Source: a virus (Duplodnaviria > Caudoviricetes). From it: a stretch of DNA of 64,000 nt. The stretch lies in the IMG/VR virus record IMGVR_UViG_3300033166_000001, positions 26,654 through 90,653 of that record; one strand, 5' to 3'. Both the position numbers and the translations under genes were made by a program. This document shows positions 59,651-64,000 of this stretch, piece after piece. How positions within the stretch are numbered: position 1 is the first letter of the stretch; each line of letters opens with the position of its first letter. The notes beneath the pieces are model-generated. The model was not told where the DNA came from and ran no database searches. It saw nothing but the letters and a program-made list of their open reading frames with translations.

Positions 59651-60196
59651 TTACTTAGTCTGTGCAGCAAATGATTGATGTTCTACACTCTTAGTTACAG
59701 GAGTGTAATCAAACTTCATAACTTTATCTCCTACATATTCCTCAGTAGTAGATAGGAATGTGTGAGTATAAATTGGCTTACCAGAAGATACTCTTACTTC
59801 ACCATCACTGCTAACTATAGGCTTTTGATTAGGAGTCATAGGAGTATGCTCATCTCTAATACCAATCAAGGCACCTTCTGGAAGAGTAGAACCAATTTCC
59901 AATCCTAGGGCATCAATTGCAGCCACATTCATATTTTCAATATGACGTACAATATAATTGTTACTAGAACTGGTATCCCAACCTTTAAGCATTTTGCTGA
60001 TAGAGCTAAGTTCGCTACTAGGAGCAGACCCTCTAGATTCTACTTGCCTTTTTTGTGCAAGGTAAACAGTTTTCCATTCAGGCTTAATAGTATCCTCTGA
60101 ATGGATAAGAACTACTTTACCTGTTTCTAATTGTGCTGCAAATTGCTTCTCAAGTTCAGCATTGGTAATCTTGTTTGTTTGAAATACATTTTTCAT
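59651..60196 (-). CDS. Hypothetical protein
   Basis: 181 aa. Confidence 0.65.
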   Translation of the reverse strand: MKNVFQTNKITNAELEKQFAAQLETGKVVLIHSEDTIKPEWKTVYLAQKRQVESRGSAPSSELSSISKMLKGWDTSSSNNYIVRHIENMNVAAIDALGLEIGSTLPEGALIGIRDEHTPMTPNQKPIVSSDGEVRVSSGKPIYTHTFLSTTEEYVGDKVMKFDYTPVTKSVEHQSFAAQTK

Positions 60197-60267
60197 TTTA
60201 GTAAATTTGTTAATTAGTAAATTGTTTGTTTGTGTTTATATATTAACCAGCTGAGTTAATTCTTTTG

Positions 60268-60387
60268 TTAATCTTTTAATGCATTAGCAAGTACTTTCAG
60301 TAAATATAGAAATGCGGCCAGTACATAAAACCAGCCTGATAGTTTAAAGCCATATATTACAATACAGGCTATTAATAATAGTAACAT
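60268..60387 (-). CDS. Small membrane protein (39 aa, not in ORF track)
   Basis: MLLLLIACIVIYGFKLSGWFYVLAAFLYLLKVLANALKD; ATG a few nt after the upstream stop. Confidence 0.5.
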   Translation of the reverse strand: MLLLLIACIVIYGFKLSGWFYVLAAFLYLLKVLANALKD

Positions 60388-60391
60388 AGTA

Positions 60392-60817
60392 TTATTTTAT
60401 TATTCTTTTAATGATGATTTGATTACTTACAATAAGTTCTGTTTCATCTTCAAAGTATTCAGAACCTTTAGGTATAATACAGATAGCATTATAATAATTT
60501 CTATCTTTAGTTTTAAAGGAATGAAATCCTTTTGAAATTACTTTAATGTTATCATTTGTAGTTATTCTGTATCCATACACACAAAATACCTGTGGATACG
60601 CCATAAATACAATTTCATCTTGTACCTTAAAATCTATTCCAATACGTAATCCTGAAACAGGTTTAGGAGTTAATTCAGTAGAGTATTTTTTTCCAATTAT
60701 ATATTGGAATCCTTGTACCGTACTGCTAATTATATCAGAACATATTTCTACTTCTTTGTAGACTTCTATATCTTTTTTGGCAATCTTTGCTTTTTTTTGT
60801 CTTGTTATTAAACACAT
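60392..60817 (-). CDS. Conserved phage hypothetical protein (start likely 60817)
   Basis: MCL..AKKDIEVYK..GFHSF..CIIPKGSEYF. Confidence 0.65.
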   Translation of the reverse strand: MCLITRQKKAKIAKKDIEVYKEVEICSDIISSTVQGFQYIIGKKYSTELTPKPVSGLRIGIDFKVQDEIVFMAYPQVFCVYGYRITTNDNIKVISKGFHSFKTKDRNYYNAICIIPKGSEYFEDETELIVSNQIIIKRIIK

Positions 60818-61020
60818 TATCTTTAGTATTAAATTACTTAAAAACATCCAAGTAGAGTCCACTATTAACTTATTAATTAAACCCTACTAAATTTAAAATA
60901 AATATATACTCTACTTGGATGTATATTATTGTTTAGAATATAGAAAATTCCTGGGATAATAGTTGTAAATCGAAAAATATTTAAAATTAGTTTACTATTT
61001 CCCAGGAATTCTCATCCAAC

Positions 61021-61281
61021 CTAAACCTGCTCTTTTATAATAACTTCAGATAGATTAATTAAAGGTACATCCTCTAACCTCTTTTTCTGAGTTCTTTTCT
61101 CTGTGTGCATAATATCTTCTAAAGAAGATAAGGGTTTAGAACATTCTAGCCAAAAGATTATTGCATCTTCTGTAGATCTAAAAGACTTTGCGTCTTGCTC
61201 TGTACAAGCATATAAAGGTGCCATATGTGCTTTCTCCTTTGCAATATTAGGAGATTTCATATAATGAACTATTTTACACAT
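61021..61281 (-). CDS. Hypothetical protein
   Basis: 86 aa. Confidence 0.5.
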   Translation of the reverse strand: MCKIVHYMKSPNIAKEKAHMAPLYACTEQDAKSFRSTEDAIIFWLECSKPLSSLEDIMHTEKRTQKKRLEDVPLINLSEVIIKEQV

Positions 61282-61517
61282 TATACAGCCTCCTCTAATT
61301 TTACTTTCTGATAGTCATACAAGAAAGGCTTGGCCTTAAAGAACTTGTTAGTTCTTATTACAGTTGGATTATTCAATGAGCCTCTACCTAACTTAGAGCT
61401 ATTAGGAATATAGTTAAACCCGTATCTTCTAGTTCTTCTATTAGGAAATGATCCAGAAGATATAAACCCTAATGGACTTTCCTTGATCTGTTCTCTTGTT
61501 AAAGGTATATTTCCCAT
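61281..61517 (-). CDS. Small basic hypothetical protein
   Basis: 78 aa. Confidence 0.5.
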   Translation of the reverse strand: MGNIPLTREQIKESPLGFISSGSFPNRRTRRYGFNYIPNSSKLGRGSLNNPTVIRTNKFFKAKPFLYDYQKVKLEEAV

Positions 61518-61521
61518 AGTA

Positions 61522-61923
61522 TTAAAAGTTTTTAGGTCTTGGTGTGAATTTAAAGGGTTTAGTATCTAGGAATACTTTACCTAATTTTAATCCTTCATCT
61601 ACTTTAGATTGTAGAAAATCTTCAACATCCTCCTTATAGATATAGGTAGTAGTTGTAGTCTTAAAATTAGGATCTTTTTTGACATTAATGAAATAAACTG
61701 TCAATCTAATCTTATTTAGAGATGGTTTAGGTATTTTAACCTTTTCAATCTTAGCAAGGGGTTGAACACTTGCTTTTAATAACTTCAACTCTTTCCTTTC
61801 TTGGGCAGTTAATTTATTCCTAATAATAGGAATAATTCTAGGCTGTCTTAATCCTAAACTCACCATTAGAGCATCATCATTAACATCTATTGGTGGGTAT
61901 TTACTTCTTCTACTCTCATTCAT
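61522..61923 (-). CDS. Basic hypothetical protein
   Basis: 133 aa, Lys-rich. Confidence 0.55.
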   Translation of the reverse strand: MNESRRSKYPPIDVNDDALMVSLGLRQPRIIPIIRNKLTAQERKELKLLKASVQPLAKIEKVKIPKPSLNKIRLTVYFINVKKDPNFKTTTTTYIYKEDVEDFLQSKVDEGLKLGKVFLDTKPFKFTPRPKNF

Positions 61924-62029
61924 TTTGTAAGAGATTTTAATTGATTAGTATTAAAAAATAATCCTGCTGTCAAACCTAGAGGCTGAACAAGGGATTTATT
62001 AAACCTCTCAGCAGGATTAAATCCAGATT

Positions 62030-62218
62030 TTAATTTTCATCATTACTAGATTCTGGAACTGTTTCGTTAGGTTCAGGTTCCATATCAAATTCTACTCCCT
62101 TCCAAGTACATACATCATATATTATGAATATAAGTACTAATAGGTACACAAATACAATAGCTGTTAACCATATTGCAGATGGATATAGTCTATAAAATTC
62201 TAGAATATTTGTCATCAT
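62030..62218 (-). CDS. Small membrane protein
   Basis: One strong TM helix with an acidic tail. Confidence 0.55.
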   Translation of the reverse strand: MMTNILEFYRLYPSAIWLTAIVFVYLLVLIFIIYDVCTWKGVEFDMEPEPNETVPESSNDEN

Positions 62219-62457
62219 AATGCAAATTTTTCTACTTTAATAACTACATATCCTTTATAATTAACCAGAAAGGATATTTTTCCCCAGCTACCATTACCAA
62301 GATCATTTCTTTTTCTTGGGTTAGGAATTTCATCTCCTTTTTTATCTATAATGGTATCAGATAAAATTTGAATAGTACCATCATCGAAGACTTTAACATC
62401 ATTCTTTTTATGAAGTTTTCTAGTCACTTCATCAGTTGTATAACTTTTACGTGCCAT
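62215..62457 (-). CDS. Hypothetical protein
   Basis: 80 aa; DLGNGSWGKISFLVNY motif. Confidence 0.6.
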   Translation of the reverse strand: MARKSYTTDEVTRKLHKKNDVKVFDDGTIQILSDTIIDKKGDEIPNPRKRNDLGNGSWGKISFLVNYKGYVVIKVEKFAL

Positions 62458-62556
62458 AATTTAATTATATTTAGTGAGTAATTGATTAATATTGAAAAGA
62501 GTACAGTAATAGCATATTAGGTATCTGTACTCTTTTGTGTTTTATAAGGCTTACAC

Positions 62557-62898
62557 TTACCTATATAGCCACCGGTTATTTTTCTTAAACCTTACTTTAA
62601 ATGGCCTGTTATCTGTTAAGGTACTAGAAGATAGTACCCAAGTTGCTCCAACTATATTAGCTCCAAAATACATAACCGTACAGTTTTGTCTTAATTGTTG
62701 ATTGTTAGTATGTAGAGCATACTCCTGTACTGCAAATATTGCTAAATTTACAGCAATCATAGTAATAACCCTTTTCTCTTGAGTTTTTTGTCTTTCAATT
62801 AAGGGTCTATTATTATACTTTGGTCTAGGTTGAGCTAGTTGTGCTTGTCCTAATATATTTGTTAGGGCAAAAACTAATATTAATAGTATAGTTTTCAT
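62557..62898 (-). CDS. Secreted or membrane hypothetical protein
   Basis: Signal-peptide-like N-terminus and two hydrophobic segments. Confidence 0.55.
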   Translation of the reverse strand: MKTILLILVFALTNILGQAQLAQPRPKYNNRPLIERQKTQEKRVITMIAVNLAIFAVQEYALHTNNQQLRQNCTVMYFGANIVGATWVLSSSTLTDNRPFKVRFKKNNRWLYR

Positions 62899-63003
62899 AG
62901 TTTAAGTTATTTAATTTACAAAAAATAACAGGTAGCATTTTTAGTCTAGGAATGCTGAAGTAACTTAACTGACGCTTCAATTAAGATGCTACCTGTTAAA
63001 TGG

Positions 63004-63075
63004 TTATTTTCTGTCCCAATTAGGTAACTCATCTCTTGGAATAAGATTACCTTGTACTAATACCAAATCTTTCAT
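63004..63075 (-). CDS. Candidate 23-aa peptide MKDLVLVQGNLIPRDELPNWDRK
   Basis: ATG in an A-rich context (CTAAACTATG) like that of the neighbouring gene; short, unverified. Confidence 0.3.
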   Translation of the reverse strand: MKDLVLVQGNLIPRDELPNWDRK

Positions 63076-63341
63076 AGTTTAGATTGTATTTCCCTACTTT
63101 AGTACACATTATCTAAAGAGTGTAGGTTACTCTCTAGTGTGTTTTTATTAAAATAATAGTTATCCATACGGATTAATATGGTCAAGATTTTATAGATGGT
63201 TTGTTCCCCATCTCCTGTTACTGTGCACAGTAGAGCAGGACCTCCTACAGTATCTCTTAGGTCATGTAACCTTTAGGTGGCCATCTCCTTAAGACTAAGA
63301 GTTCTTTCAAGGGTGCTAATCCCTCTTCTGTATAACTATTA

Positions 63342-63409
63342 TGGAGAGGCAGGTAGGAATTGAACCTACATTATCACAATATCACACTTAATATATGTGC
63401 TACTGTCTC
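63342..63409 (-). pseudogene. tRNA-like element (His-type TTGTGAT loop) with intact acceptor, D and T arms and CCA but a collapsed anticodon arm; 68 nt
   Basis: GAGACAG-TA-GCAC..GTGT-GATATTGTGATAAT-GTAGG TTCAATT CCTAC-CTGCCTC-T-CCA. Confidence 0.65.
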
Positions 63410-63419
63410 ATAATTAATG

Positions 63420-63870
63420 CTTATAAAACTTCGGGTTTGAAGAAACTTAGCATTGCTGACATCAGAGGCGAAAAGGCACTCTTATCAAGTTTTTTAGAAA
63501 GTAACAAACAACATTTATTAAACTTCTACTATTTCTTTAGTTAACATTAATTAGCATAAGGCTTCAGTCTAAGACTTACTACACTGCTTTAAGTAGAGCG
63601 TATGTTGTCTGTTATTAAAAGAAAGTAACAAGTAATCACATGAAGTTTAATCCATTTACACTTCAATTATTCTATAAGCATTTTCACCTGTGGATGCAGT
63701 TGAAATTACTTGTTACTTATAAGTTAAAAGAAAGAATGTCTCTCTATCTATGTTGAGAGAAGTTGTAAAGACTCAGGTTAACATTTTGTAGTCATCTAAT
63801 GTGTCATTAAACACACACCTCTACAGTTACAACTCTAACTTGACTCGTTAGCATTCTTTCTTAAATTATA
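63420..63870 (-). ncRNA. Cluster of structured non-coding elements, unassigned
   Basis: No long ORF; 14-bp (63623-63636/63705-63718) and 11-bp (63728-63738/63852-63862) closing stems with nested hairpins and T-tracts. Confidence 0.4.
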
Positions 63871-64000
63871 TTCTATACCTCTAGGCCAACTATACTAGAG
63901 TTAATACCTTTTACGGGTGGATAAATATAGAGTATTTAAGGTGTTATTTAACAATCTTAACTGTTTTACCTAATATTTTAGATATCTCAGCAACTGTTAG

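Noticed and set aside
60330-60372. AGCCTG/CAGGCT inverted repeat as a regulatory hairpin
   Set aside because: Short, and falls inside the 39-aa membrane ORF
63342-63870. tmRNA
   Set aside because: No G3-U70 alanine identity, and the acceptor 5' strand lies only 68 nt from the CCA, leaving no mRNA-like domain inside
1-64000. Stop-codon reassignment (TAG or TGA), known in some crAss-like phages
   Set aside because: Genes up to 4125 aa are intact under the standard code, coding density is high, and no suppressor tRNA was seen

Overview
64 kb segment of an AT-rich lytic dsDNA phage with Crassvirales (crAss-like) gene content and organisation, standard genetic code, and a Bacteroidota host (TTTG-N20-TAnnTTTG promoters). 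The + strand block (<1-30775) is the virion/lysis module. It holds a mosaic tail fibre (open from base 1), amidase, holin and spanin candidates, tail ring and muzzle proteins, ejected cargo proteins and a 4125-aa virion RNA polymerase polyprotein with a DFDVDK motif and a zincin HExxH. A bidirectional terminator at ~30.8 kb separates it from the - strand early/replication block. That block holds many small hypotheticals, Ung, a 5'-3' exonuclease, a B12-type radical SAM enzyme, DUF932, a resolvase, primase, an AAA ATPase, a glucosaminidase, a DnaB-like helicase, an SF2 helicase and a family B DNA polymerase. It also carries an antisense homing endonuclease and a solo IS200/IS605 TnpB. The best candidate for an undescribed system is non-coding: a solitary 46-nt Bacteroidota type II-C (Cas9) CRISPR-like repeat at 45101-45146, with no cas genes in the window. 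It is preceded by a 30-nt pseudo-spacer that folds on itself and lies inside a structured, terminator-ended intergenic RNA (candidate Cas9-directed RNA anti-CRISPR or decoy crRNA). The last 1.1 kb is a dense cluster of nested hairpins with a tRNA-His-like element whose anticodon arm has collapsed. All family assignments come from motif recognition by eye; no searches were run.
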